Positions 1 to 9,039 of a stretch of DNA of 64,000 nt are shown here, piece after piece. Positions within the stretch are counted from its first letter, which is position 1; each line of letters starts with the position of its first letter. The DNA is taken from positions 6,192 through 70,191 of IMG/VR virus record IMGVR_UViG_2799112583_000005; one strand, written 5' to 3'. Source of the DNA: a virus. Lineage: Duplodnaviria; Caudoviricetes. A program made the translations under genes and the position numbers. The notes under the pieces are model-generated. The model saw only the letters and a program-made list of their open reading frames with translations, had not been told where the DNA came from and did not search any database.

Positions 1-2
1 AG

Positions 3-383
3 CTTATAGACGGCGTGCCGCGCATGTACGGGGTGGACGTCGGCTACCGTGTGCCGCTTTTCGATCTCGAGGTCTCGCCCGAGCGCGCAAGTCCCTATTC
101 GCGCATGAGCCAGAATGAGCTCGCCCTGCAGTTTTATAACGCCGGCTTTTTTAACCCTCAGCGCGCCGACCAGGCGCTCAGCTGCCTGCAGATGATGGAT
201 TTCCCGCACAAGGAGGAACTGATGAACGCGATCCGCCAGCAGGCCGAGGCGTACGGCGCTTCGCTCGAGAGCTCGGCGAGCGGTGCTGCACTCGGCATGC
301 GCGGCCGCCGGATCGAGTTTCCCAAGCGCAGCAGAGAGGAGCGCGCCCGCGAGATGGCCAGTGAGAGCGCGACGCCGCGCTGA
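3..383 (+). CDS. 3' end of phage portal-like protein (gene starts before the window)
   Basis: Frame open from window start; C-terminal SPYSRMSQNELALQFYNAGFFNPQ..DQAL.CLQMMDF resembles clostridial portal C-termini; lies directly upstream of protease, scaffold and capsid. Confidence 0.65.
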   Translation, partial: LIDGVPRMYGVDVGYRVPLFDLEVSPERASPYSRMSQNELALQFYNAGFFNPQRADQALSCLQMMDFPHKEELMNAIRQQAEAYGASLESSASGAALGMRGRRIEFPKRSREERAREMASESATPR

Positions 384-421
384 GCGGCGATACGCGGCAC
401 AATGCTGCGAGGAGGTTTTTC

Positions 422-751
422 GTGATCGACGTTCACTGTCTGTCGCGGCCGGAACAGGGCCTGTATGCCCTGTGCATCCGGGGACATGCGTGTTACGCGC
501 CGTACGGGGCTGACATCGTCTGCGCCGCCGTCAGCACACTGGGCTATACCTTCGCTGCCGCGCTGCAGCGCCTTTACAGCGAGGGCGCGCTCAGTGCTCC
601 GCCCCAAATCCGAGAGAGGGAAGGATTCCTTTGTGCTCTGGGGCGCGCTGATCCGGCGCACAACGCGGTGCTCGCCCAGACCTATGAGACCGTGATGACC
701 GGACTGATGCTCCTTGCAGAGAGCTATCCAGAGCACATCCGGCTGCGGTGA
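422..751 (+). CDS. prp: Prp/YsxB-family cysteine protease (ribosomal-processing protease family)
   Basis: His-Cys dyad motif GHACYAPYGADIVCAAVS; 109 aa; RBS GGAGG upstream. Confidence 0.85.
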   Translation: MIDVHCLSRPEQGLYALCIRGHACYAPYGADIVCAAVSTLGYTFAAALQRLYSEGALSAPPQIREREGFLCALGRADPAHNAVLAQTYETVMTGLMLLAESYPEHIRLR

Positions 752-824
752 GAGCAGGCAAAGCACTGGAGGCCTGTTCCGACAAATATTTTCTCGTCCG
801 CTAACGGACGGAAAGGAGCCAACT

Positions 825-1715
825 ATGTTTGAAGTATCCATGCTTCCCTTGCATCTGCAGTTGTTTGCCGACGGCGGAGACGGGGGAAGCGCGGGCAGCG
901 CCCCTGCCGCCGCCGGGCAGGGGGAGGGCGGCGATGCCGCTGAGGCCGTGTCCGAAGGGCTGGCCGCCGCCCCGTCCTCTGCGCCGCTGACGGAGCAGCA
1001 GCGCGAGGAGATGTTTCGCGCCCTGATCAAAGGCGAGTACAAGGATCTCTATGAACGCGAGATCCGTCGTTTGCTCCAGAATCGCTTCCGCCATTCCGAC
1101 GCGAAGCTCAGACGTCTGGAGGCCCTCTCCCCTCTGCTCGACAGGCTGTGCGCGCGCTATGGCGTGGATCCGGGGGATGTCGAGGGACTCCGGCGCGCGC
1201 TGGATGCCGAGGATGCGCAAGCGGCAAAGCCCCGCCCCGCCGAGGGGCACAGCGAGGCGGCCGAGGCCGCCGGAGAGAATGCCGCCGATGAAGCCGAAGT
1301 GGATTTTACCGCGAGCGATGCGCGCGGCGATCAGCAGGAGGACGTGAGCGGGGCCATCGTGTCGGCCTGGCTTTCTCAGGCAGAGGCACTGCGCGAGACC
1401 GTGCCGGATTTCGACTTCTCACGCGAGAGCGCCAACGAGGATTTCACGCGCCTTCTGGCCGCGGGGCTGCCGGTGGAGACGGCCTATGAAATCGTGCACC
1501 GCGACGAGCTTCTGGAGAGCGGGATGCGCTATGCGGCCCGTGAGACCGAGCGGCGCCTCCTCGGTGCGCTCTCTGCGCGCGTCGGCCGCCCCGGCGAGAA
1601 CGCACTGAGCAGCAGCGGAGCCGCACTTGTCAAGTCCGACCCGCGCAGCATGACAAAGGCCGAGCGCCGCGAGATCGCCCGCCGGGCGATGCGCGGGGAG
1701 AAAATTACTTTCTGA
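825..1715 (+). CDS. Phage capsid scaffolding protein with N-terminal LQLF|A leader
   Basis: RBS GAAAGGAG before ATG 825; MFEVSMLPLHLQLFADGG; acidic/helical; C-terminal RRAMRGEKITF; immediately upstream of capsid. Confidence 0.75.
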   Translation: MFEVSMLPLHLQLFADGGDGGSAGSAPAAAGQGEGGDAAEAVSEGLAAAPSSAPLTEQQREEMFRALIKGEYKDLYEREIRRLLQNRFRHSDAKLRRLEALSPLLDRLCARYGVDPGDVEGLRRALDAEDAQAAKPRPAEGHSEAAEAAGENAADEAEVDFTASDARGDQQEDVSGAIVSAWLSQAEALRETVPDFDFSRESANEDFTRLLAAGLPVETAYEIVHRDELLESGMRYAARETERRLLGALSARVGRPGENALSSSGAALVKSDPRSMTKAERREIARRAMRGEKITF

Positions 1716-1759
1716 GTGATCCATCCTCGAAAAAATCAATTCATGAAGGGAGCAACGCA

Positions 1760-2752
1760 ATGAATCCTATCCTTGATCTGCAGCATTTTGCCGTACAGGT
1801 GACCACGCAGGAGAGCCTGTCGAGCGAGATGAAAACCTTTTATGACCTCACGTTGATCGACGAGGCCGGCGCCAATCTTGTGCACGACCAGTTCGCGCAG
1901 AAACGCCCGATCCCGGCCGGACAGGGCAAGACCATTGAGTTCCGTAAGTTCGCGGCCCTGCCCAAGGCCACCACGCCGCTGACCGAGGGTGTCACGCCCG
2001 ACGGCCGGGCGCTCACTGTCAGCACCGTGACGGCCACGGTCAACCAGTACGGCGACTATATCACGCAGTCCGACGTGCTGGAGCTGACGGCCGTGGACAA
2101 CACCGTGCTCGAGGCGACAAAGCTCCTGGGCCGCCAGGCCGGTCTGACACTCGACACCGTGACACGCAATGTGCTGCAGAGCGGCACCAACGTCATGTAC
2201 GCCGAAAAATGGGTCAACGGTGAGGCCGTTGAAGTCACCTCGCGCGACGGGCTCGACAGCAGCGCGGTGCTGACGGTCGAGCTTGTGCAGCGCGCGGTCG
2301 CCAACCTGCGCGCGCTCAACGCCCCGACCATCGACGGCAGCTACATCGCCATCATCCATCCCTACGCGGCCTACGATCTGATGCGTGACAGCGAGTGGAT
2401 CGACGCCAACAAGTACGGCTCGCCCGAAAACCTCTACGAGGGCGAGATCGGCCGTCTGGCCGGTGTCCGTTTTGTCCAGACCAGCGAGGCGAAGATCTAT
2501 AAGAACGCCGCAAACCTCGCCGTATTCGGCACGCTGTTCCTCGGCGCCGAGGCCTACGGCACCACCGAGATCGAAGGCGGCGGACTCGAGACCATCGTCA
2601 AGCAGAAGGGCTCGGCCGGTACCGCCGACCCGCTCGATCAGCGCTCGAGCGTGGGCTGGAAGGGTCTCAAAACCGCCGAGATCCTGATCCCTCAGTACCT
2701 GATCCGTGTGGAGAGCGCCAGCAACAAGTTCAGCACGGCGGCTGAAAACTGA
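1760..2752 (+). CDS. N4-gp56-family major capsid protein
   Basis: 330 aa; GQGKTIEFRKF, PLTEGVTP, NQYGDY, YEGEIG, DPLDQRSSVGWK motifs typical of this family; N-terminal LQHF|A. Confidence 0.85.
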   Translation: MNPILDLQHFAVQVTTQESLSSEMKTFYDLTLIDEAGANLVHDQFAQKRPIPAGQGKTIEFRKFAALPKATTPLTEGVTPDGRALTVSTVTATVNQYGDYITQSDVLELTAVDNTVLEATKLLGRQAGLTLDTVTRNVLQSGTNVMYAEKWVNGEAVEVTSRDGLDSSAVLTVELVQRAVANLRALNAPTIDGSYIAIIHPYAAYDLMRDSEWIDANKYGSPENLYEGEIGRLAGVRFVQTSEAKIYKNAANLAVFGTLFLGAEAYGTTEIEGGGLETIVKQKGSAGTADPLDQRSSVGWKGLKTAEILIPQYLIRVESASNKFSTAAEN

Positions 2753-2779
2753 TCAAAGACGGATTGGAGGAACGATTCG

Positions 2780-3010
2780 ATGGCTGAAAAGAAAAATCCT
2801 GTCTCTCCCGAGGAGGAGAAGCTTGTCCGTCTGCGCATCCCGCGTGAGCGCAGCGACCAGGAGGATGTGTTCGTGCGCGTCAACCAGCGCACCTGGCAGA
2901 TCCAGCGCGGCGTCGATGTCGAGGTCCCGGCCTGTGTGGCCGAGGTGCTGCGGCACCGCGAGGAGATGTTGGACGTGATCTGGGAGTTCGAAACGAAGAA
3001 CGCCAAGTGA
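2780..3010 (+). CDS. Small protein following the capsid gene (possible head accessory)
   Basis: RBS GGAGG; DVFVRVNQRTWQIQRGVDVEVP pattern; position after capsid. Confidence 0.6.
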   Translation: MAEKKNPVSPEEEKLVRLRIPRERSDQEDVFVRVNQRTWQIQRGVDVEVPACVAEVLRHREEMLDVIWEFETKNAK

Positions 3011-3146
3011 TCCCGGTTTTTCAAACCGGGAAAAGGAATACACAAAACGATCGCGGGGCGGTCGGGTTCAGTACCGGAAAAATCCGAGCGCCCCTGCACT
3101 TCGGAAAGGCGGAAAAGGCGGGCTGACGTGCAGCGAATCTTTAGTC

Positions 3147-3175
3147 TTGTATCTATCGGAAAAAATTGTTATAAT
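3147..3175 (+). promoter_or_regulatory. Sigma70/SigA promoter for the DHHW-MBOAT operon
   Basis: TTGTAT-17 bp-TATAAT with extended -10 TG. Confidence 0.7.
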
Positions 3176-3213
3176 CTAACATTATAAAATTAACAACCGA
3201 TGGGAATGAGACA

Positions 3214-4587
3214 ATGAAAAAGAAAGCGGCTTTTCTGTTAAGCTATTTATGCCTGTTATCACTCTTCTGCATTGGCGCGGCTGAGCTGCTGCTGGTGGAC
3301 AAATCCGAGCGCGTCAGCGAAAGCGAGAAGCGCCTGCTGCAGGGCTTCCCGGCACTGTCGGCGGAGAGCGTACTGTCCGGCCGCTTCATGGGGGAGTTCG
3401 AGACCTTTCTCTCCGACGGCTTCTTTTTCCGTGAGGAGAGCTCAGACTTCAACGCCCGTCTGCTCGGGCTGTTCGCTCTGCCGGACGACGGGCCGGAGAC
3501 CGGTGTAGTTGCCGAGGATCGACTGTGGGAAGAGCCAGCGGAGGAGCAAGAGCCGCTCTCTGACGAGACGACAGACGAAGGGATGCCCGCGCTCGCTGAC
3601 ACACAGGCCGCGCTGCCGACAGAGGCCCCTGAGAATGCCGTGCTTCCGCCGGAGGAGACGAGTGCCGCCCAGCCGCTGCGCACAGCCGAGCACGACGGCT
3701 CGCTCTGGCTGACGACGGCGGACGGGGGGCGGGAGGTCCTGTTTACCTATCCGGCCGCGTCCCTGACGAACATGGCCGATATTCTGAATCGATTCCGCGC
3801 GGAGCTCGGCGCGGACGGACAAGTGTTTTTCCTCAACCCCCAAGTGTCCGAGGTGTACCGCAATATCGTGAAAAAAGACCGTTATGTCGGCTGGGGCAGC
3901 GATGTGGCGGATCTGATGCAGCCGCTTGCGGACGAGGGCGTGACGATCCTCGATGCCTGCGAGCTGCTGACGCCGTATATCGGCCAGGAAAACCTGTACC
4001 CGATGGCGGATTACCACTGGCACCCGATCAGCGCCAGTCTGACGGTGGATGCGCTGATGTCCCTGCAGGGGTTTCCGGCGGTGGACTATGGGCAGTACCG
4101 CTATCATCTGTCCACGATGCCTTACAACAAGGCCGTGACGCGGGAGACGCTCAGCGGTATGCGCTACGGGCGTGACGTGATCGAGATCATGGAGCCGGTC
4201 ACCCCGGCGCACAGCTATTTCCTTGACCATCTGACGAACCGGCGCGACGGCTTCTTTATCAAGTTCCCGGCCGGCTATGACGCCTACCTTGGCGGCCATT
4301 TCGGCCCCTGGCGGCTGATCGAAACGGGCTTCCACACAGGCCGCACGGCGCTCTTTGTCGGCGATTGCTTCACCCCGCCGATGATGACCTATATAGCGCC
4401 GTATTATGATCAGATCATTTCCACCGACGTGCGGCGGCTGTTCTACTCGCAAAAGGATGCCGGCGGCAGCATTGCCGACTATATGGCGGCCTATGGGGTA
4501 GATGACGTGTATATCGTCTACAGTACAAACTCCATGGTCTGGGACAACGACTTGCAGACCAAGCTGCGTACCTATCTGTACGAATAA
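3214..4587 (+). CDS. DHHW-family (AlgJ/AlgX-like) periplasmic O-acyltransferase partner
   Basis: N-terminal membrane anchor, SGRFMGEFETFLSDGFFFRE, DYHW motif; adjacent to MBOAT. Confidence 0.75.
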   Translation: MKKKAAFLLSYLCLLSLFCIGAAELLLVDKSERVSESEKRLLQGFPALSAESVLSGRFMGEFETFLSDGFFFREESSDFNARLLGLFALPDDGPETGVVAEDRLWEEPAEEQEPLSDETTDEGMPALADTQAALPTEAPENAVLPPEETSAAQPLRTAEHDGSLWLTTADGGREVLFTYPAASLTNMADILNRFRAELGADGQVFFLNPQVSEVYRNIVKKDRYVGWGSDVADLMQPLADEGVTILDACELLTPYIGQENLYPMADYHWHPISASLTVDALMSLQGFPAVDYGQYRYHLSTMPYNKAVTRETLSGMRYGRDVIEIMEPVTPAHSYFLDHLTNRRDGFFIKFPAGYDAYLGGHFGPWRLIETGFHTGRTALFVGDCFTPPMMTYIAPYYDQIISTDVRRLFYSQKDAGGSIADYMAAYGVDDVYIVYSTNSMVWDNDLQTKLRTYLYE

Positions 4588-4599
4588 GGGGGCGTCGGC

Positions 4600-5994
4600 A
4601 TGGTTTTTTCAAGTTTGAGCTTCCTGTTCCTGTTCCTGCCGCTGTTGTATCTGCTGTATTTCATCATCCCCAATCTGCGCTGGCGCAACGGCGTGCTGGT
4701 TGCAATGTCGCTGTTGTTTTACGGCTGGGGCGAGCCGGTGTGGATCCTGGCGATGCTGTTTTCCACACTGGTCAACTACTTCTGCGCCCGTACTGTGACG
4801 CGAATCGCGGATGTGCGCCGGCGCCGCCTGGTGCTGACGCTCGGTGTGCTGGCCTCGGTCAGTTTTTTGGCCTATTTCAAGTATGCGGCCTTCTTTGCCA
4901 ACAGCTTTGCCGCGCTCTTCGGCAGCGCCTGGCGTATGAGCGAGCCGCGCCTGCCGATCGGCATTTCGTTTTATACCTTCCAGGTGCTGACCTACACCGT
5001 GGACGTCTACCGCGGAAAGGCCGAAGCGCTGGATTCTCCGCTGGATCTGCTGCTGTATGTCAGTTGTTTCCCGCAGCTGATCGCCGGCCCGATCGTCCAG
5101 TATGCCGACATTGCACCGGAGCTGCGGCAGCGCGCGGTGCTGCCCGACGACTTTGCCGACGGTTTCAGGCGTTTCGTCAAAGGACTTGCCAAAAAAGTGC
5201 TGCTGGCAAACCTCTGCGGTCAGGCACTTGAGGAGCTTGCGCTCGGACAGGCGGGCTGGACCGTCGTCGGCGCGTGGCTGGGCGCGTTTCTCTATGGGCT
5301 GCAGATCTACTTCGACTTTTCGGCCTACTCGGATATGGCGATCGGCCTCGGACGGACGCTGGGCTTCCACTACAAAGAGAACTTTGATTTTCCCTTTGCC
5401 TCTCAGACCGTCGGCGAGTTCTGGCGGCGCTGGCACATGTCACTGGGAGCGTTTTTCCGCGATTACGTATACATCCCCCTCGGCGGCAGCCGCTGCAGCA
5501 CGGCCAGAGCAATCTTCAACACACTGTTCGTCTGGCTGCTGACAGGTCTGTGGCACGGCGCCAACTGGAACTTTGTGCTTTGGGGACTTTATTTTGGGGT
5601 AATACTGCTGCTGGAGCGCTATGTGCTGAAAAAAGCGCTCAAAAGAGCGCCGAAGCTGCTGCGTCTCGGCTGGACCTCGCTGCTGGTGCTGATCAGCTGG
5701 GTGATTTTCTATGAGGTGGATCTGGGGCAGATGGGACGGCATCTCACCGCGCTTGTCGGCCTGGGCGTGACGGGCTGGATCGACGATACAGCGCGCACGG
5801 TGCTGCGCACTTGGACGCTGTTCCCGCTGCTGGCCTGGCTGCTGAGTCTGCCGACGGTACCGGCTATCCAAAAGCGTCTGCCGAAAAAGCTCGGCGAGGC
5901 GTTCGGCATGGTGCTGACGCCGCTGCTGCTGGGCGTTTCTGTCGTCTTTCTGATCGGACAGAGCTATAATCCGTTTATTTATTTTCGGTTTTAA
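4600..5994 (+). CDS. MBOAT-family O-acyltransferase (AlgI/DltB-like)
   Basis: MVFSSLSFLFLFLP, LPIGISFYTFQ, FPQLIAGPI, FWRRWHMSLG, LWHGA, YNPFIYFRF. Confidence 0.92.
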   Translation: MVFSSLSFLFLFLPLLYLLYFIIPNLRWRNGVLVAMSLLFYGWGEPVWILAMLFSTLVNYFCARTVTRIADVRRRRLVLTLGVLASVSFLAYFKYAAFFANSFAALFGSAWRMSEPRLPIGISFYTFQVLTYTVDVYRGKAEALDSPLDLLLYVSCFPQLIAGPIVQYADIAPELRQRAVLPDDFADGFRRFVKGLAKKVLLANLCGQALEELALGQAGWTVVGAWLGAFLYGLQIYFDFSAYSDMAIGLGRTLGFHYKENFDFPFASQTVGEFWRRWHMSLGAFFRDYVYIPLGGSRCSTARAIFNTLFVWLLTGLWHGANWNFVLWGLYFGVILLLERYVLKKALKRAPKLLRLGWTSLLVLISWVIFYEVDLGQMGRHLTALVGLGVTGWIDDTARTVLRTWTLFPLLAWLLSLPTVPAIQKRLPKKLGEAFGMVLTPLLLGVSVVFLIGQSYNPFIYFRF

Positions 5995-6012
5995 CCGTGA
6001 AAGGCAAGCCAT

Positions 6013-7476
6013 ATGGAACAAAACCAGACAATCAATCTTCGCGCGGCGGTTATGGGGATGCTGCTGGCAGCGACGCTCGTATTTGCAGCGGCGGTGTACG
6101 GCGGTATCCGTCTTAGGCAGGAATTGCCGAGATGGCGGATCGAACGGGTGGAGGCTGCAATCAACGCGGGTGACACCGCGGCTGCCCGGCAGCGGATCGA
6201 GCGGCTGGATGACGACACACAGCGCAGCCTCTATCTTCCGCAGTGCGACTATATCGACGGCAAGACGCTGCTGGAAGCGGGCGATACCGTATCTGCCCGT
6301 GCGGCATTTGCCGCAGCCGGGGACTATCTCGACGCATCCGACATGGTGAAGCAATGTGACTACGCCTCTGCGGAAGCGCTGTACAGCCGTGGCGACTGGA
6401 CGGGCGCGCTGGAGGCCTTTCGCGCGCTCGGCGCTTACGCCGACGCAGCCGACCGCTGCAGCGACTGCCGTTACCGTATGGCCGAGAGTGCGGCCGACAG
6501 CGGCAGCTGGGAGGAGGCTGCTGCGATCTTTTCGGAATTGGGGGATTACGCCGACGCGCGTGAGCGCTTGACCGAGATCGCCCGGAGCGTCACCGGCCTT
6601 TCCGATGGCCAGGAGGCGCTGGCTGCCTTTAACGGCATGGGCCGTGAGAATGTGGAACTGAATCTTCGTATGAATACGCGCCGTGCCCAATTGAGCCAGG
6701 AGAGTATCGCTGTTGGCTTTTATCATACGGTGGGGCTCGCCGCTGACGGCACGGCTCTGGCCTGCGGCGACAACAGCTACGGTCAGTGTGATGTGGCCGG
6801 TGAGAGCAATCTGAAGGCTGTGGCGGCCGGCGCCTATCACACACTGCTGCTGCGCGCCGACGGAACGGTCCGCGCGGTAGGACGCAATGAAGAAGGCCAG
6901 TGCGAAACGGCTGCATGGAGAGATGTGGTCACCGTGGCGGCCTCCAACTATGCAAGCTTTGGTCTGACCGCCGACGGGCACGTCCTGTGCGCAGGCTTCG
7001 GAGATTTTGCCGAGGTCGAGAGCTGGAGCGGTATCGCGCAGCTTGCCGGAGGCTCGTATAACCTGGCCGGACTGCGCGCCGACGGCACGGTATGGGTCTG
7101 GCCGTCGCTTCCCGGCAGTGAGGTGCTCAACGGCGCGGCGCGCGTCGCTGTCAACAGCGGCTTTGCTGCCGCCGTGTTGCCGGACGGATCGCTATGCTGC
7201 ACTGCCCCTGGCTTGCCGGAAGGGCAGGGACTCGTCAGTCTGTCGGTCTCGGGCACCTGTGTGCTCGCACTCGACGCCGACGGTCAGATCCTGCCGCACT
7301 TTTTCCGTGCAGGCGATGCCTATGACCTCTCCGCGGTCCGTGACGCGGTGGCCGTCGCTGCCGGCGGAACCCACAGCGCGGTTGTCTATGCCGACGGCAG
7401 CACCGCAGTCTTCGGCCGCACCGAGGAAGGGCAGGGGAACACCGCCGCCTGGCGTCTGAAGGTCAACGAAGACTGA
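6013..7476 (+). CDS. Membrane-anchored protein with TPR-like repeats and RCC1/BLIP-II-like beta-propeller
   Basis: GDY.DA repeats, then AVGFYHTVGL..DGT..ACGDNSYGQC and AAGAYHTLLLRADGTV..VGRNEEGQC repeats. Confidence 0.75.
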   Translation: MEQNQTINLRAAVMGMLLAATLVFAAAVYGGIRLRQELPRWRIERVEAAINAGDTAAARQRIERLDDDTQRSLYLPQCDYIDGKTLLEAGDTVSARAAFAAAGDYLDASDMVKQCDYASAEALYSRGDWTGALEAFRALGAYADAADRCSDCRYRMAESAADSGSWEEAAAIFSELGDYADARERLTEIARSVTGLSDGQEALAAFNGMGRENVELNLRMNTRRAQLSQESIAVGFYHTVGLAADGTALACGDNSYGQCDVAGESNLKAVAAGAYHTLLLRADGTVRAVGRNEEGQCETAAWRDVVTVAASNYASFGLTADGHVLCAGFGDFAEVESWSGIAQLAGGSYNLAGLRADGTVWVWPSLPGSEVLNGAARVAVNSGFAAAVLPDGSLCCTAPGLPEGQGLVSLSVSGTCVLALDADGQILPHFFRAGDAYDLSAVRDAVAVAAGGTHSAVVYADGSTAVFGRTEEGQGNTAAWRLKVNED

Positions 7477-7501
7477 AGCTTTCAATAGTATCGGGAGGAA
7501 T

Positions 7502-8245
7502 TTGATGTCAAAAATCCAATCCGCCGTTGCTCTGGCGGTGGAGATGGCGAACGATCCCACGCACGGCTACAGCCAGATAAACCGCTGGGGGCCGGACTAC
7601 GATTGTTCAAGCTTTCTGATCCACGTCTGGCAGACGGCCGGCGTGCCGGTGCGTGACGCGGGCGCGAGCTACACCGGCAACATGAAGGCGGCCTTTCTGG
7701 CCTGCGGTTTTGCCGACGTGAGCACCTTTGTCAACCTTGCCACCGGCGAGGGCTGTATGCCCGGGGATATCCTGCTCAACGAGCGCAATCATGTGGCCAT
7801 GTCGCTCGGCCACGGGCAGATGGTCTGGGCCAGCACTTCCGGCGGCCATCCCGAGCCGGGCGACCAGACCGGCCGCGAGATTCGCACCGGCGCGTTCTAT
7901 TCGTTTCCCTGGGACTGCTGCCTGCGCTATCTTGCCGAGGATGCCGACGCGCCGGAGGAGGATGAGGTTCCCGGCGAGACTGTGCCGGGCGATACCGTCC
8001 CGCCCCCGAGTGCTGCCGGCGGCCTGACTATTCGCACGCTGCGCCGCGGTATGACCGGCGAGGATGTGCGCGCGCTGCAGCTGCTGCTGATCGGGCGGCG
8101 CTGCTCCTGCGGCCCGGACGGCGCCGACGGGGATTTTGGCCCCAATACGCTCGCCGCTGTCCGCAGCGCTCAGCGGCACTATCAGCTCACGGTCGACGGC
8201 GAGGCCGGACGCGATACGCTTGGCGCGCTGCTGACGAGAGCATAA
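7502..8245 (+). CDS. NlpC/P60-type peptidoglycan hydrolase with C-terminal PG-binding domain (chromosomal, lysin-like)
   Basis: GYSQ.NRWGPDYDCSS catalytic Cys, NHVAM His; C-terminal LRRGMTGEDVRALQ..L..DGDFGPNT. Confidence 0.85.
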   Translation: MMSKIQSAVALAVEMANDPTHGYSQINRWGPDYDCSSFLIHVWQTAGVPVRDAGASYTGNMKAAFLACGFADVSTFVNLATGEGCMPGDILLNERNHVAMSLGHGQMVWASTSGGHPEPGDQTGREIRTGAFYSFPWDCCLRYLAEDADAPEEDEVPGETVPGDTVPPPSAAGGLTIRTLRRGMTGEDVRALQLLLIGRRCSCGPDGADGDFGPNTLAAVRSAQRHYQLTVDGEAGRDTLGALLTRA

Positions 8246-8311
8246 TATCCCGCAAGAGTTTATACGCACGCGCCGCGGCTCGCCCGCGGCGCGTGTGTCC
8301 GTATTTTCTGC

Positions 8312-8340
8312 TTGCAATTTCCCGGAAAGTACGGTATACT
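8312..8340 (+). promoter_or_regulatory. tRNA promoter
   Basis: TTGCAA-17 bp-TATACT, 13 bp upstream of tRNA. Confidence 0.7.
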
Positions 8341-8353
8341 GCATCAGTAATAT

Positions 8354-8439
8354 GCCGGTGTGATGGAATGGTAGACGTGACGGACTCAAAATCCGTTGGT
8401 GGCGACACCGTGTGGGTTCGAGTCCCACCACCGGCACCA
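8354..8439 (+). tRNA. trnL: tRNA-Leu(CAA)
   Basis: Acceptor GCCGGTG/CACCGGC, D-loop TGGTAGAC, anticodon arm ACGGA-CTCAAAA-TCCGT, long variable arm, T-loop GTTCGAGTC, encoded CCA. Confidence 0.97.
8414..8439 (+). repeat. attL core (26-bp direct repeat, tRNA 3' end)
   Basis: GGGTTCGAGTCCCACCACCGGCACCA identical to 59564-59589. Confidence 0.95.
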
Positions 8440-8450
8440 GATTTGAGAGG

Positions 8451-8479
8451 CCCGCGATCCAGAAGGATTGCGGGTTTTT
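8451..8479 (+). terminator. Intrinsic terminator supplied by the prophage after tRNA
   Basis: CCCGCGATCC-AGAA-GGATTGCGGG + TTTTT. Confidence 0.8.
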
Positions 8480-8566
8480 CTTTGCTTTTCAACGGTTTTC
8501 GGTATTCAAAAAGCAACTTGCAGATTCAAACAAGAGATGCAAAAATCAATACTTAGCAAAAGAAAA

Positions 8567-8587
8567 TGCTAACTATTTTGCTAACTA
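8567..8587 (+). promoter_or_regulatory. Putative integrase arm-type sites (left)
   Basis: TGCTAACTA twice with 12-bp period; same arrangement at 59495-59514. Confidence 0.65.
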
Positions 8588-8751
8588 TCCACAAGCACTC
8601 TTATATGCCTATTTCTTCAATAATCGTCTTTTCCCTCGCGCGCCTCCTATATTTCGTGCGATTCTTACAGCATGGACGTATTTTTCTTCCAAAATCGTCC
8701 AAATATGACGGAATTGCGGTAGAATTGACCGCAGAGAAGGAGCGTGCCAAA

Positions 8752-8991
8752 ATGATACGGATTCTCTTGTCTGCCCGTCTCGGCGAAAGACGGTGGACAC
8801 AAGCGCGGCTTGCACAGGAGACAGGCCTCCGGCCAGCGACAATCAATGAGCTTTACAATGAGATGGTTGATTCGATCAGCCTTGAAAAGCTCGACAAGAT
8901 TTGCCGCGCGCTGAACTGTGACGTTGGAGACATCCTGGTCGTCGAAACTGATCAGTTAAGGCGTACCCTCGCTGACAAGCCCCGCAAGTAA
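8752..8991 (+). CDS. Cro/C1-type HTH regulator (YozG-like)
   Basis: RBS GAAGGAG; WTQARLAQETGLRPATINELYN..ISLEKLDKICRALNCDVGDIL. Confidence 0.85.
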   Translation: MIRILLSARLGERRWTQARLAQETGLRPATINELYNEMVDSISLEKLDKICRALNCDVGDILVVETDQLRRTLADKPRK

Positions 8992-8992
8992 C

Positions 8993-9034
8993 AAAGAGCG
9001 CAGGTAGTCGTTCATTCGGCTGCCTGCGCTTTTT
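8993..9034. terminator. Bidirectional terminator between convergent HTH genes
   Basis: AGCGCAGGTAGTCG/CGGCTGCCTGCGCT stem flanked by A and T tracts. Confidence 0.75.
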
Positions 9035-9039
9035 GCATT

